Below are positions 46,107-60,600 of a stretch of DNA of 64,000 nt, piece by piece. A program made the translations under genes and the position numbers. The DNA comes from Octopus vulgaris. Lineage: Eukaryota. A model generated the notes under the pieces. That model had not been told where the DNA came from. It made no database searches and saw only the letters and a program-made list of their open reading frames with translations. The number at the start of each line of letters is the position of its first letter. Position 1 is the stretch's first letter. Where the stretch lies: assembly GCA_951406725.2 (NCBI GenBank), contig OX597816.1, positions 73,532,001 to 73,596,000 of the forward strand. Reading direction: 5' to 3'.

Positions 46107-46305
46107 ATTACTCTTTTACTTGTTTCAGTCATTTGACCACCGCCTTTAGTCGAGCAAATCGACCCTAAGACTTATTCTTTGTAAGCCTAGTACTTATTCT
46201 ATCAGTCTCTTTTGCCGAACCGCTAAGTTACAGGGACGTAAACACACCAGCATCGGTTGTCAAGCGATGTAGGTGTGACCAAACACAGACAAACAAACAT
46301 ATACT

Positions 46306-46375
<70 letters not shown>

Positions 46376-46540
46376 TACGACGGGTTTCTTTCAGTTTCCG
46401 TCTACCAAATCCACTCACAAGGCTTTGGTCGGCCCGAGGCTATAGTAGAAGACACTTGGCCAAGGTGCCACGCAGTGGGACTGAACCCGGAACCATGTGG
46501 TTCGTAAGCAAGCTACTTACCACACAGCCACTACTACGCC
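46107..46540 (-). mobile_element. tRNA-derived SINE family B, full length
   Basis: Collinear with 26212-26603. Confidence 0.9.
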
Positions 46541-47281
46541 ACATGTATACGCATATGTATACTCACACACAGATGTGTTTGTTTATGTTTACTGTTTTAG
46601 TTTATTTCTTTTTATTGAAATGTATTTCTTTCATCACGATTCGATTTATAAACTGTTTCATAGCTCACACAGTTAAAAGATTAGCGTCTTGGCGTCACCC
46701 GGCGGCATCCGAGGCATAATTCTGCTAGCTTCCAGACGAATCCGTCGTATCATAATGACAAATCGAGTCAGCTTGTCTTATATGAACTATAGTGCACACA
46801 AACACACATGCATACACAGACAGCCACATACGCCGTATTGAAGACGTAGTTAAAATAAGCAGACGATACTTATAAAGTTTCTTCAGAAAGAAAGAAAAAC
46901 AACATCCATAAAGCAGCAACAAACGTATCAAGGATACTTATAACAGCCATAATAGCAATAATAATAAGAGTAAATAAAATGATGATAATTTGAACGAAAA
47001 AAGAATTAAAGAATTTTACAACAATAACTACTACAACGACAAGTGTAACACTGATTATAAGTATAACGATAACTACAGACAAAATAGCAACAATAACATA
47101 CATAACAATAGCAACAGCTACAACTATTATGAGAAGAATAAGTGGGAAATATAAAATAGATATAAAATGGTGAGTGGAACAAAACAAAACTGAAAGGATT
47201 AGCAACTGTAACAACAACAACAAAAACAACGATGACACCGGCAACAACAACGGCAACAACAGCAACAATAATATCAATAAT

Positions 47282-47478
47282 CCTGGAATTTATTTCTTGA
47301 GTTGGGGTTTGGGGTTTGGGGTTAAGTCGATTAGATCGATCTCAGTACTCAACTGGTACTTAATTTATCGACCTTGAAAGGATGAAATGCAAAGTCGACC
47401 TGGGTGGAACGTAAAGACGGACAAAATGCCGGGAATTATTTAGCCTGGCTTGCTAACGTCTCTGCCAACTCGCCACCG
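47282..47478 (-). mobile_element. SINE family A monomer
   Basis: aactggtacttaatttatcgacc..gaaaggatgaaa..gctaacg. Confidence 0.75.
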
Positions 47479-47483
47479 TATGC

Positions 47484-47546
<63 letters not shown>

Positions 47547-48017
47547 TAAGGCATCGTCGAAAATAGAAATGCAAAGATCTTATGGGATTTCATGATTCAG
47601 TGCCACCGTGAGATTGAGAATAGGAAGCCAGACATGGTGTTAATTGAGAAAGAAAGCAAACTATGCTGGATCATAGATATAGCATTCCCAGCTGACAACA
47701 AGGTACGCGATAAGGAAGAAAGAAAAGTGGAGAGATATGACAGGTTAGCTTGGGAAGTTAAGCAGTTGTGGTCGATGAAAAAGGTAGCAGTAGTACCAGT
47801 AATTGTTAGAGCCCTGGGAACAGTGAGCAAAATTCTCGAGAAGTACGTGGAACAAATAGGGGCTGCAATAAGAGTGGAGCACTTGCAGAAAACAGCACTG
47901 CTTGGAGCCGTTCGATTTCTCCGGAAAGCTCGAGAAATAAGAGGTGTTACCATAATTCACTGGTAGGGAACAGCTGACACCGTAGTATATCTCCAGCGTT
48001 AGAAGATGTGCAAAGGC
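47547..48017 (+). mobile_element. 5'-truncated R4/Dong-like retrotransposon: restriction-like endonuclease domain plus 3' UTR
   Basis: KILWDFMIQC..RKPDMVLI..IIDIAFPAD..KE..K..RY..L, ending KTALLG; (AAT)n on both sides. Confidence 0.9.
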
Positions 48018-48564
<547 letters not shown>

Positions 48565-49732
48565 TGTAACAATAACAACAGCTACAACAAAAATAAGAAC
48601 GACAACAAAAATAACTATTGGAGCAATAACAACAGCTACAGCAACCAAAAACAAGCATAAGAACTATAACAACAATTGCAGCAACAACGACAACAACAAC
48701 AACTGTAATAATTATAGCATTAGCTACATCGATTACGACAATAAAAACGGTAACAAAATATAAAATTAAATACAAAAAGAAAAAAAATGGTCGGGCTGAA
48801 GTGAGATTTGTTTACCATAATTTGTAATGGTTCGCTCTGTACAGACCAGACAAGATGGCTGAACGACCGGATATCTAGCCTGACTTTTGGTGAAGGATTC
48901 AATTTCCGGTGATCGGAGGAGAGGCTTTCTTTTACTAAGTGTCCTGTTCTCCTGTGACACATTCATTGTTTCAATTGCCGTTCACGAACACCATTTTGCA
49001 GAAATAAAAATGTTTAAACTGTGTCTAAGAGAAGTGAGAGGGCTATGAAATAAGTTATGGATAGAAGAAGCAGAGAGACAGGAGATATAGCAAGGGAGAG
49101 AGGGAGGGAGAGAGCAGAAGATACACACACACACACACACAAACATAAACACGCACACAGAAGCACAGAGAGTGAGAGAGAGAGAGAGAGAAAGAGAAGG
49201 GTAGAGAGAGGGAAAGAGAGAGATTAAAGTGAAGTGGAGAGAGAAATGAAAATAATTTCAAGAAAAACCAAAAACAACAAAACAGGTGACAACATTATTG
49301 ACACAATAATTAACTTTGTTGCAACAGTAATAATAACGAGATAAATAGCGTGTTGCGAAAAGAGTGTGGTGGTGGTGGTGGTGGTGGTGGTATGGTGGTG
49401 GTATGGTGGTGGTGGCGGCGGCCGCGGCGAAGGTGGTTGTGATGGTAGCGGTGGTGGCGGTGGTGATGCCGGCGCTAGTGGTTTTGGTGGATTTAATGGC
49501 GAAGCGGATAACGATGGTGTTGCCCAAAGTATTTATGATGATGATGATGATGATCATGATCATGATGATCATGATGATCATGATCATGATGATCATGATG
49601 ATCATGATGATGATCATGATCATGATGGTGATGACGATGATGATGATGATGGTAACTATACTTGTAAAATTGAATATAATAGAGTTGGCCATAGTAGTGG
49701 TGGTGGTGGTGGTGCCGCTGCTGCTGCTGCTG

Positions 49733-50100
49733 TTGAGCGAACGGTCTTCGTCCCAGACCTCGCAAGATGGGAGAAGTCCGAAACGTGGTCCTTTGCTATT
49801 CGTAAGACCCGCAGAAGAGAAAGCAGGTCAATCTCCGATACCGAGAGCATCGATGGATGGATGAATGCGCATCCAGGCTCAGCGGTTGCGTAGGATGTCG
49901 GGGACAAGAAACAGGAAGAAAGAGTGAGAGAAAGTTGGGGCGAAAGAGTACAACAGGGGTCGCCACCACCCCCTGCCGGAGCCTCATGGAGCTTTAGGTG
50001 TTTTCACTCAATAAACACACACAACGCCCGGTCTAGGTATTGAAACCGCGATCCTCCGACCGCGAGTCCGCTGCCCTAGCCACTGGGCCATTGCGCCTCC
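49733..50100 (-). mobile_element. tRNA-derived SINE family D
   Basis: Collinear with 20362-20743; A box TGGCCCAGTGG. Confidence 0.85.
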
Positions 50101-51004
50101 TCCTGCTGCTGCTGCTGCTGCTGCCCCTCCTCCTCCTGCTGCTGCTGGAGGCAGTGGTGTTGAATGCAATGGTATGATGGCGGTGACTAACAGTGGTGTC
50201 AGATACAGTGGAGGTAGTGTCGGATGGTGAAGATGGTAGTGGTGATGACAGTAGTAATGGCGGAGGAGTTGGTTTTAGGGATAATGGTGATCTCTTTCTT
50301 TCAGCCAATTAGTTTATGTGCTGATCTTCTCAAAGGTGTTACATTAGTAGAATCGTCAGTATGCTTTCAGATATTTGTTCCGATTCTTTGCATTCCAAGT
50401 TCCCGTCGGCAAGAATATATCCACGTAGTTAAAATAAGCAAACAATAATTATAATTTTTCTTTAGAAACAAGATAGAACAGCATCTATAAAGCAGCAACA
50501 AAACGTATCGAATAATTCTTTGGACTACATCGGTGTTTTTGAAAGAAGAAATTTTCTCTATAAACAATCCGCCATCACGAAAAACAAAATGCCCAAGCCT
50601 AAATCAACGACAGAAACTTTTTGGGCGCGGATACATAATCAATCAACCATGACGTTAGATCTTCTGTACCTGTAAATTCCACAATGATGCTGTTTATATT
50701 TCTTTCTTTCAATTTATCCATTTACCCGTTACCGAATTTTTTCAAGACAGGAAAATTGTTTCCAACTCTCAAGGAAACAAAGAGGAGATCGTTTTTAAGA
50801 AATTAACAAGACATTTCACAAAATTAATTTACATGATAAAAAGAAATCTGAGCTCTCTTTGCAAACAAGAGATGGATATGGATATGTTTCGGTATTATTA
50901 AATCTCATCAGCAGGGTATGGTTTCTTTCATCAGCTGACAAGAGCATTTTTTTTATATACAGAAGAGTAGTTAAGAATAATTTCTATCATTATAAAATAC
51001 GAGA

Positions 51005-51220
51005 ATGCAGCGAGCTGGCAGAATCGTTAGCATGCTGGTGATATACCTAATGGCATTTCTTCCGGCTTCATGCTACTAGTTCAAATTCCACTAACGCTGA
51101 AACTTTCCCTTACATCCTTTCGGAGTCGATAAAATAACTACCAGATGAGCACTGGTGTTGATGTAATCGGCTCATTCCCTTCCTCGAACTTACTGGTGCC
51201 TTATTCCAAAATTGAAATCA
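51005..51220 (+). mobile_element. Decayed SINE family A monomer
   Basis: gcgagctggcagaatcgttagc...gttcaaattcc...catcctttcggagtcgataaaat. Confidence 0.75.
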
Positions 51221-51254
51221 TTATTGTAATTCTTATTAGATTATTATTATTATT

Positions 51255-52391
51255 CAGTAGCTTTATTTTTATAGCGTGCTTTCACTTCACTACCGAGCGC
51301 AGCTCTGTGTGCCTTGGGTATGTGCTGTGATTTGTTGTGATGCTCTGATGGTTATTGTATGGAAAGTGTTCTGCGTAGGATGTGTGCAGTGCCTAGTAGT
51401 GCAATTTTCTGTATGTTATATGTGTTTGTAAGTCCTGGTGTTTTTGTTATGTATTTGTCTGAATATTTTTTTATCATGCCTAAGGCACCTACTATGATAG
51501 GAATTGTTTCTGTTTTCAGATTCCACATTCTAGTTACCTCTATTTCCAGGTCTTTGTATTTTGAGAGTTTCTCCATTTCTTTTAGAGACACGTTGTCATC
51601 AGCCGGTATTGATACATCAATTAGAAAGCATTTTTTTTCTTCATGATCTCTGACAACTATATCTGGTCTGTTGGCCTTAATTTCTCTATCTGTGTGTATC
51701 GGCATATCCCAGAGTATGGTTGCTTTCTCGTTTTCTGTGACCTTTTCTGGTGTGTGCCTATACCATCTTTTTTCTGTTGTTATTTCATAATGTTGGCATA
51801 GCTTCCAATGTATGTAGGTTCCAACTCTGTCATGTCTGTGAATATATTCCTTCTTAGCCAGGACTGGGCAGCTAGAGATAATATGATTTATTGTTTCTTG
51901 TCCATTTCCACATATTCTGCAGTTACTTGTAATATTTCTTTTCATTACATGTTTTTGGTAATTTCTGGTGGGGAGGCTTTGGTCTTGTGCTGCAATTAAA
52001 AATCCCTCTGTTTCTGCTTTGAGTCCTGAGCTTCTCAACCATTGCTGGGATTTTTCTTTGTCTATTTCTTTTGCGTTTAGTTTAGTCCAGTATTTACCAT
52101 GAAGGGGCTTTTCTTGCCATCGTTTTATCATGGTTCGTTGCTGTTCTATTTTTAGTTTGGATTTCATTTGTTTTATAGCTTTTGTTGTTTCTTCATCTTC
52201 TTCTTCTTCTTCATGTTTATTAGGTGGTATGATTTCTTGTTTGTATTTGTCAGCTTCCTTAAATACTGAGAACAGTTTTTTGTTTTGCTCGTGTTTTGCC
52301 GCTATCTGGATCAGTTTTCCTTCCTTCGGAAGTAGATATTTTTGCAGTCCTATGGTGGTTATTTTATAGTAGTTTTCCAGCTGTTTTCCAG
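51255..52391 (-). mobile_element. 5'-truncated R4/Dong-like retrotransposon: CCHC zinc knuckle plus RLE, reading frame uninterrupted
   Basis: PLHG, LKAETEGFLIAAQDQSLPTRNY, CRIC..ETINHIISSC, RHD, RPDIVV..IDVSIPAD, KYKDL, ALLGTAHILRR; ORF ends at 51352; AATAAA and (TAA)n at the 3' end; (TAA)n at the 5' end. Confidence 0.93.
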
Positions 52392-52453
<62 letters not shown>

Positions 52454-52476
52454 CATCATCATCATCATCATCATCA

Positions 52477-52557
<81 letters not shown>

Positions 52558-52604
52558 TTATCATCATCATAATCATCATCAACATCATCATCATCATCAT
52601 TGTT

Positions 52605-52803
52605 AAAGCTAGCATACCAGATATAATGCTTAGTGCCATTTCGCCCGTCTTTACGTTCTGAGTTCAAATTTCGCCGAGGACGACTTTGCCATTCATCCTT
52701 TCGGGGACGATTAAATAAGTACCAGTGGAACACTGGGGTCGATGTAATCGACTATCCCCCGCCACTCCCAAATTTTTAGACCTTGTGCCTATAGCAGGAC
52801 GGA
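52605..52803 (+). mobile_element. SINE family A monomer
   Basis: ttacgttctgagttcaaattt...ccttgtgcctatagcagg, then an (ATC)n tail. Confidence 0.8.
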
Positions 52804-52851
52804 TTATCATCACCATCATCACCATCACAATCATCATCATTACCTTCATCG

Positions 52852-52917
<66 letters not shown>

Positions 52918-53121
52918 CCATCATCATCACTATTACCATCATCATCATCATCACCATCATCACCACCATCACTATCATCATCATCGTCATCATCATCATC
53001 ATCATCATCAACATCAATGCCGTCGTCATCGTCATTATCATAATTCCTTTATGTTTTCTTTCTCCGTCATTTTTGTTTTCGCCGTGTCGTAGTCGTCTTT
53101 ATCATCACCATCGTCATCATC

Positions 53122-53214
<93 letters not shown>

Positions 53215-53704
53215 GCCGTAATCACGATCTACATTATCAAAGTATCGATGAAAGAGATCAGGATTTAATGACGTCATCAACGAATTTCTTTAGCTTCCAA
53301 CAAAGCGCAGATCACCCACCCTCGCCTGCCTTTTCAGACACCCAATATAAAATAAATACATTGCTGATGTGACATTCATTGCATCTAATTTGTGTATTAG
53401 CCGTTTTCCTGTCATTGATGAGAACGCCATTTTCTATCGATTAGCTGCTCGCTGCAGCTTAGATATATTTGCACTGCAGTTTAAAAGTCTATACACTGGC
53501 AACCATTGAAAGCATTTAGGATATCGAGCCGTCACGTGTCGATAGGAGATAATCATTTCCGGTTTTTGTTGCGTAACTTCCGCCTCTTTAATCCTTTCAG
53601 TATTTTCTTGTTCTCTAACTTCGTTCTATATAACTAGCTTCAAAAAGCTTTTACACACACACACATATATATATACATATATATATATATATACACACAC
53701 ATAC

Positions 53705-53753
<49 letters not shown>

Positions 53754-53816
53754 TATATATATATGTATATATATATGTATGTATTTATGTATTATGCATG
53801 TATGCATGTATGTATA

Positions 53817-55319
53817 TCTAATAATATATAAAATAGAGATGTGAACGTATTCACTTTTCACGCGAAAACGGCTTCACCAATTGATTCCATATTTGTGATG
53901 CAAGAATAATTCCACCTCGGACAAATAATAGGCTGTTCAATTGATTTTTTTATTACAAATTACTAAAAATTTTTAAAATATTGCTTTTTATATTGCATTC
54001 ACGTCTTTGAAAGTTTTTAAAATATTTACTTCAGGTTTTCTAGTGTCAGTGACGTAACATATCTCTTTAGGTATATCTCCTCTATCCATCTCTCTCTCTC
54101 TCTCTATCTCTCTGTAACATATCTCTGTATCTATATTTCTTGTTTTCACTTTCATTCTTCAGACTCTATTTTTTTCACTTTCAATTTTCATACGCCATTG
54201 TTTAACTTACATGTTATTGTTTTCACTGTAAGTCTAAGTTTTCAATCGCTACAAACAAACAACGACAAAGTACAGATAGAAAGAAATTCACAATTACTGA
54301 TGTAAGTAATTTCATAATTTACTGACAGAAGGTTCTTCATAAATTTAACTTAAATCCATACGGTTTTGTGTTTTTCTGTTGTTCACGGTTTCTTTCTGGT
54401 TTCTTCGATACTGGCTCTTTCATTCACTGAGTGAAAAATTTCACTCCAGCCCGTACAATACTTCATTTTCCTTTAAAATTTCATATTTACTTTCTGCCCA
54501 TCGTATTAAGAAACATAATTTCCGTTACCAAGTTATTTTCATTTTTTATTATCTTTTGCACACGTGCATTCCTGTATATATATATAGCCATGCTTAGAAG
54601 GAAAGTGTCAAATTTATTTTAGGAAGACGTAAGAGGGAGAATTTCGGAAAATTCAGCGGAGTCCACTTCAATTCGTCTTAACTTTCATGGAAATGGATAT
54701 TTTTTAATGACATTCTCTACAAATATACCTTATACTATGTAGATTCCGAGGACATAGACATTTGGGGGAAAACAATTGGGAGTTATTTTTGACAATTGTT
54801 CCCCACTCAGGGCTGTTTCGGAACAAGTCGTCCATATTTGTTTCATTTTCTCCGTTTTGTCCGTTTGTGCAACATGATGGGTGAGAATGTCTTCATTCCA
54901 AGGATACCTCTCATCTCAAATGATCTCCCCTTTCAGTTCAAGAGACTCCAGTTTCCTGTCAAGCTTAGATTTGCAATGTCTATCAATAAAGCACAAGGTC
55001 AATCTCTAAAGGTGATGATACTTAACATCCTTCAACTTTGCTTCTCACATGGTCAGCTGTATGTTGGATGTTCTACAGTTGGAGATGAAAAGAACCTCTA
55101 CATTCTCAGTGATAAACATGGCAAGACAGAAAACACAGTATATGAAGAAGCGCTTACATGAATGGTAGGTCCATGAAGAGTAGGACCAAACAGAAATGTA
55201 AAACCATTGAGCGTTAAAGTATTACTTATTACACGTTCACTTTTCGAGTGACATGCGTGAATGTATATCTGTGTGTATAAAAGTGAAACAATAACGTGAT
55301 ATATTCGCTGTGTGTGTGT

Positions 55320-55400
<81 letters not shown>

Positions 55401-55675
55401 CTACCTTTCATTGGTTATAATCTGTACCTGTTTTTTTGGGGTTACGAAATAAGTTAGACGAACGTGTATTCAAATTAAATACCTATTTGAGTTGGAGACT
55501 TTCTTTTCACATTTCACTTAACGTTTAACGTCTATGTTCCATGTTGGCATGGGTTTCAGGGTTACATAGAATGTTGGTATCTCAGCTACTAGCTGTTGAG
55601 ACCTGCGTAAGCTACACTGCGTTTTTAAACTTCATTATTTTCTTTAACCCGGGAAACACTGGGTATTTCTGCTAG
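53817..55675 (+). mobile_element. Internally deleted Helitron carrying the Pif1-type helicase C-terminus
   Basis: A|TCTAATAATATATAAAA start; 3' hairpin acccgg/ctgggt then CTAG|T at 55672-75; IPRIPL..FKRLQFPV..FAMSINKAQGQSL..FSHGQLYVGCS. Confidence 0.8.
54875..55161 (+). pseudogene. Helitron RepHel Pif1 helicase C-terminal fragment
   Basis: Helicase motif V/VI region: FAMSINKAQGQSL and FSHGQLYV. Confidence 0.88.
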
Positions 55676-55760
55676 TGCATATATATATATTTTTTTCTTG
55701 CTTCAGCTAAGAGCTGCGGCCATGCTGATGCATATATATATATAATATATGTATATACTT

Positions 55761-55819
<59 letters not shown>

Positions 55820-55875
55820 TTATATATAATTATGTGTATGTGTGTAAAAAGACAGACAGACAGACGGACAGACAG

Positions 55876-56031
<156 letters not shown>

Positions 56032-56243
56032 GTAGACGTACTCATGAAATAAAATAAAAATGAATCCTCCACCCATTTCGGCGATTAGTCTTTGTTTAAT
56101 CAACAGAAGTATTTATTCACTGAACTGTAGCGCACGTCTGAGTATTCCATTGACATTTCTAATCACTTTTAACGTTGCAGACGATCAGATTGTCATTGTG
56201 TGTGACAAAACTGCCCTTTTGGATTGCGAATATAAAACATCCA

Positions 56244-56674
56244 AAGACGGCGAGCTGGCAGAAACGTTAGCACGCCGGGCAAAATGCTTAGCGGTTTTTC
56301 CTCTGCCGTTACGTTCTGAGTTCAAACTCCGCCGAGGTCGACTTTGCCTTTCATCATTTTGGGGTTAATAAATTAAGTACCAGTTACGCACTGGGGTCGA
56401 TGTAATCGACTTAATCCCATCATCTGTCCTTGTTTGTCCCCTCTATGTTTAGCCCCTTGTGTGTAATGAAGAAATAAGAAACGTTAGCATGCTGGGTGAG
56501 ATGCTTAGCGGCATTTCATCTGTCTTTACGTTCTGAGTTCAAATTCCGCCGAGATCGACTATGCCTTTCAACCTTTCGGGATCGATAAATTAAATACCAG
56601 TTGCGTACTGGGGTCGATCTAACCGACTGGCAACCTCCCCCAAAATTTCGGGCCTTGTGCCTAAAATAGAAAAG
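56244..56674 (+). mobile_element. Dimeric SINE family A
   Basis: Collinear with 29103-29535. Confidence 0.9.
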
Positions 56675-56777
56675 AAAAGAATACAAAACATCCAAACAAG
56701 GGACTTTTGCGATTACGCTGTACTCAGTTTTATTCACAAAGATTAGGCTGAAAAGCTATTATATTAACTATAGTATA

Positions 56778-56925
56778 GGCGCATACGTGACTGTACGGTA
56801 AGAAGTCTCTTTCCCTGGTGCCGGTTTCAGTCCCACTACGCGGGTATCTTGGGTAAATGCCCTCTTTTATAACATCAGACTGTGAGTAGATTTTGTAGAC
56901 AGAAAGTGAAAGAAGCCTGCCGTAC
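56778..56925 (+). mobile_element. SINE family B head fragment
   Basis: cagtcccact..gagtagattttgtagacagaaagtgaaagaagcc. Confidence 0.65.
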
Positions 56926-56985
<60 letters not shown>

Positions 56986-57076
56986 TATATATACATACAT
57001 ACATACATACATACATACATACATACATACATACATACATACATACATACATACATACATACATTTGAATAATTCG

Positions 57077-57232
57077 CCTCTGGAAACATGAGCGTTTTGT
57101 TAACCATCCTTAAACAAACCTTATTCAAAGACCTTTTGAGCAGGATGGGCTACCCAACCTGAGGAAAATTCTAACTGGGGCCCCACGCGCAAGGTCATGT
57201 GATGTTTATCTTGATATGAGATACCATGCCGA
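57077..57232 (+). mobile_element. Family E repeat fragment
   Basis: Similar to 37217-37370. Confidence 0.65.
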
Positions 57233-57557
57233 GCACAACAACAACAACAACAATAATAATAACAACAATAATAATTTTGGCACAGAAACAGTAATTCTGA
57301 TGGTGGTGGGAAGTAAAAGTGATCTCGCGGGATTTGAAGTTACAACATGCAGTGTGGAAAGAGAAACCACAGGGCATTACTACTGACGTTCCAACGATTT
57401 CACTAATCTACTGCCCTTAAAAGTTGCCTTTAATTCAGGCACAAGGGCAGCAATTTTGAGGATACGGTGGGGCCTAGTCGATACCATTGACCCAATAATA
57501 ATATTAATAATAATAATAATAATAAAAATAGTAACAATAATAATTATAATAATGATG

Positions 57558-57637
<80 letters not shown>

Positions 57638-57965
57638 CGTTAAAAATAACAACACTAATAAAAACACCATCACACAATAAAAAGAGAAAAGAACCTTCGA
57701 CAGTAGATTTCCTGAAAGCATTGTATCTTTGTCATATTCGTTACCAAGGCTACGAAAATGACAATAGCAACAACAGCGGCAGCAAGAACGGGGGAACCGT
57801 TGCTGCCAACGCATTTACCATAACTAACATAAGTAGAACCATCACCACACACAATGTTTGAGCCACCGATACCATCACCCTGAAGAACAGTACCAGAAGC
57901 AGTAGTAGCAGGGGCCAATAGAACGATGATCAGTAAAAGTTCAAAGCGTCTATCAAACACCCAGC

Positions 57966-57997
<32 letters not shown>

Positions 57998-58445
57998 CAC
58001 ACACACACACACATACATACACACACGCACATACACACACACACACGCGCGTACATACACGCAGACATGTATTGGTTCCAGGGAAGAGTGAAATTGACGG
58101 CGAGAGTTTAAAAATAAAAAAAAAGTGAAGAAAACAAGGAAATTAAAGCAAATCGAAAAACAACAAACAAACAAAAAACGGAAGAAAAGAAAAACAGACC
58201 CAAAAAGACATTAAATAAATATCAAAGACAAACTTCAAATGCGATTGAACCATAGAACCAGCCCGCACAGACCAACTAGTTTTCCGTTTCGCTTCAATGG
58301 AATTATGAAGATTAATGAGAATATCGCTAAGGTTTTACTGATTTGTCCAGAGTCTTACGGGTGGGTCTATTCGCAGTTCACTGTCCTTCGCAAATGGCAG
58401 CCATTTCGATCAATTAGAAAATACATATATATGCACGCATGCATG

Positions 58446-58556
<111 letters not shown>

Positions 58557-58731
58557 TCATGTATATATATATATATATATACATATATACACATATATAT
58601 ACATATATATAATATATGTACGTATATATTTATATTCATATGTCTATATATATATATATATATATAAGAACATATATATATATACATATATATAATATAT
58701 GTACGTATATATTTATATTCATATGTCTATA

Positions 58732-58777
<46 letters not shown>

Positions 58778-58877
58778 TATATATTTACACATATAAAAAT
58801 GAATATATATATATATATACAATATATGTACGTATATTTTTATATTCATATGTCTATATATATATATACATACATAC

Positions 58878-58917
<40 letters not shown>

Positions 58918-58921
58918 TCCA

Positions 58922-59105
58922 TTATTCTTTCACTTGCTTCCAGTCATTTCATTGTGACCATGCTGGAGCACGCCTTGAAGCGTTCTTAGTCGAACAAGCC
59001 GAACCCAGATCTTATTTTCTAAAGCCTATTACCTATCCTATCGGACTCTTTTGCCGAATCGCTAAGTTTCGAAAACATAAACAAAGCAACACCGGTTTTC
59101 AAGGT
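58922..59105 (-). mobile_element. SINE family B 3' fragment
   Basis: gaccatgctggagcacgcc...ttttgccgaatcgctaagtt. Confidence 0.7.
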
Positions 59106-59291
59106 GTCCCGATACCCATGACAGACGATTCTCGTCTGCTACAATATATGTCTGCTACGATATATGTGTGTGCCTCTCTGCCTCAAGCATATCTTATATG
59201 AGAAGATTTCTTAAGGCTAAGAACGCAATATTCGGTGCTGTAACAAAACGTCAACGCTAAGATTAAGTTTTGGTTCTAATACAGCTTCTAA

Positions 59292-59747
59292 TCTACTATA
59301 ATAATACTTTTGTGTTTCTCTCCGTCACAATAAATGAATGAGAAAGGGAGTGATGATAGTTGAACAAGGAAGGAAGGGGTGATGGCAAACTGGTAGTGGA
59401 GCCTTGTCAACTCTGTGTGAGTATATGTGTATGTAAAAGGGAGGTAAGTGAATTTGTGTGGGGGGGGAGTTCAATGGAAGTGGGATGGTGAACATTCAAC
59501 GCTGAAAAGAAAAATCAAACAACGTTTCAACTCTTTATGAGTATATGTGTGTGTGTGTACAAGGGAAGTATGTGAATGTTTGTATGTGTGAACCAGCGTT
59601 CTTTCAGTAACAAACGATTATCGATGTCACATCTCAAAAAACAACCTCTAGATAACACTGACAAGTGTATTAATTGGATTTACCATCCATATTTATGTAT
59701 AAAATACTACAATTAGCCGTCATTTGTGACGTCACGGAGCCAGCGAG
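59292..59747 (+). mobile_element. Non-autonomous Helitron-like element
   Basis: A|TCTACTATAATAAT start resembling 27160; palindrome gtgacgtcac then degenerate CGAG|T (alternative CTAG|T at 59763-66); internal duplication tcaactct...gagtatatgtgt. Confidence 0.45.
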
Positions 59748-60377
59748 TTTTTAATAAACCATCTAGTTATTTGCGACATCAGTATCTGAAAAGATGCTGG
59801 TATTTTATATATCGTAACAGTGATGTTTGATAAGCATGTAGTGATCGGACTTCTGTTGATTTCTAGTAGAATGAAAACCCGTGATATGGAAATTTCGACG
59901 CTTATAATAGATGATTCCGGTCTACTGTGATCTACCTATGTGCTTTTATGCACCAAATATCTCGTATAGGAAAGTATTTCTTAAGGCTGATAACAGTGTT
60001 CAGTATTCTTGATATAACGATTATTTTTTGCATGGATACTGCTTCCCTCGTTGATAATTAAAACCCAATATAAATGTTACAGTTTGTTTACGAAAGATGG
60101 AGAGAGAAATAGATATATACTGTACAATAGCTAAGTGATTATTTAAAATGATTTTTTTTTCTTTCACAATTCCGATCAAATGCACGATTTCTTTTCCAGT
60201 ATTTTATGCAAACTGAATCGCTCATCTGAATGTGTTTATAGTTTAGTTTCACATGATTTCTAAATATCCCTTTACTTAGGGTAAAATTGTTTTGATTACT
60301 ATCGTACCAACGCTTTTCATTGGTAACTCACTCGGTTGTTTTTGTCGCTATTGCCTGGTTTCATTATTTCCCGCTTC

Positions 60378-60600
60378 TGAGGCTGCAAACTAGCAGAACG
60401 ATTGTCACGCCGGACGAAATGCTTTAAAGCAATTCGTCGGTCTGTACATTCTGAGTTCAAATTCTGCCGAGGTTGACCTTGCATTTCATCCTTCCGGGAT
60501 TGATAAAATGAGAACCAGTCAAGTACTGTGGTCGGGTCTATGCAATCAATTAGCTTCATCCCCTCAAAAACCGCTCGAGCTGTGCGAAAGCGTGACACAA
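60378..60600 (+). mobile_element. Decayed SINE family A monomer
   Basis: ttctgagttcaaattctgccgaggttgaccttgcatttcatcc. Confidence 0.7.
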
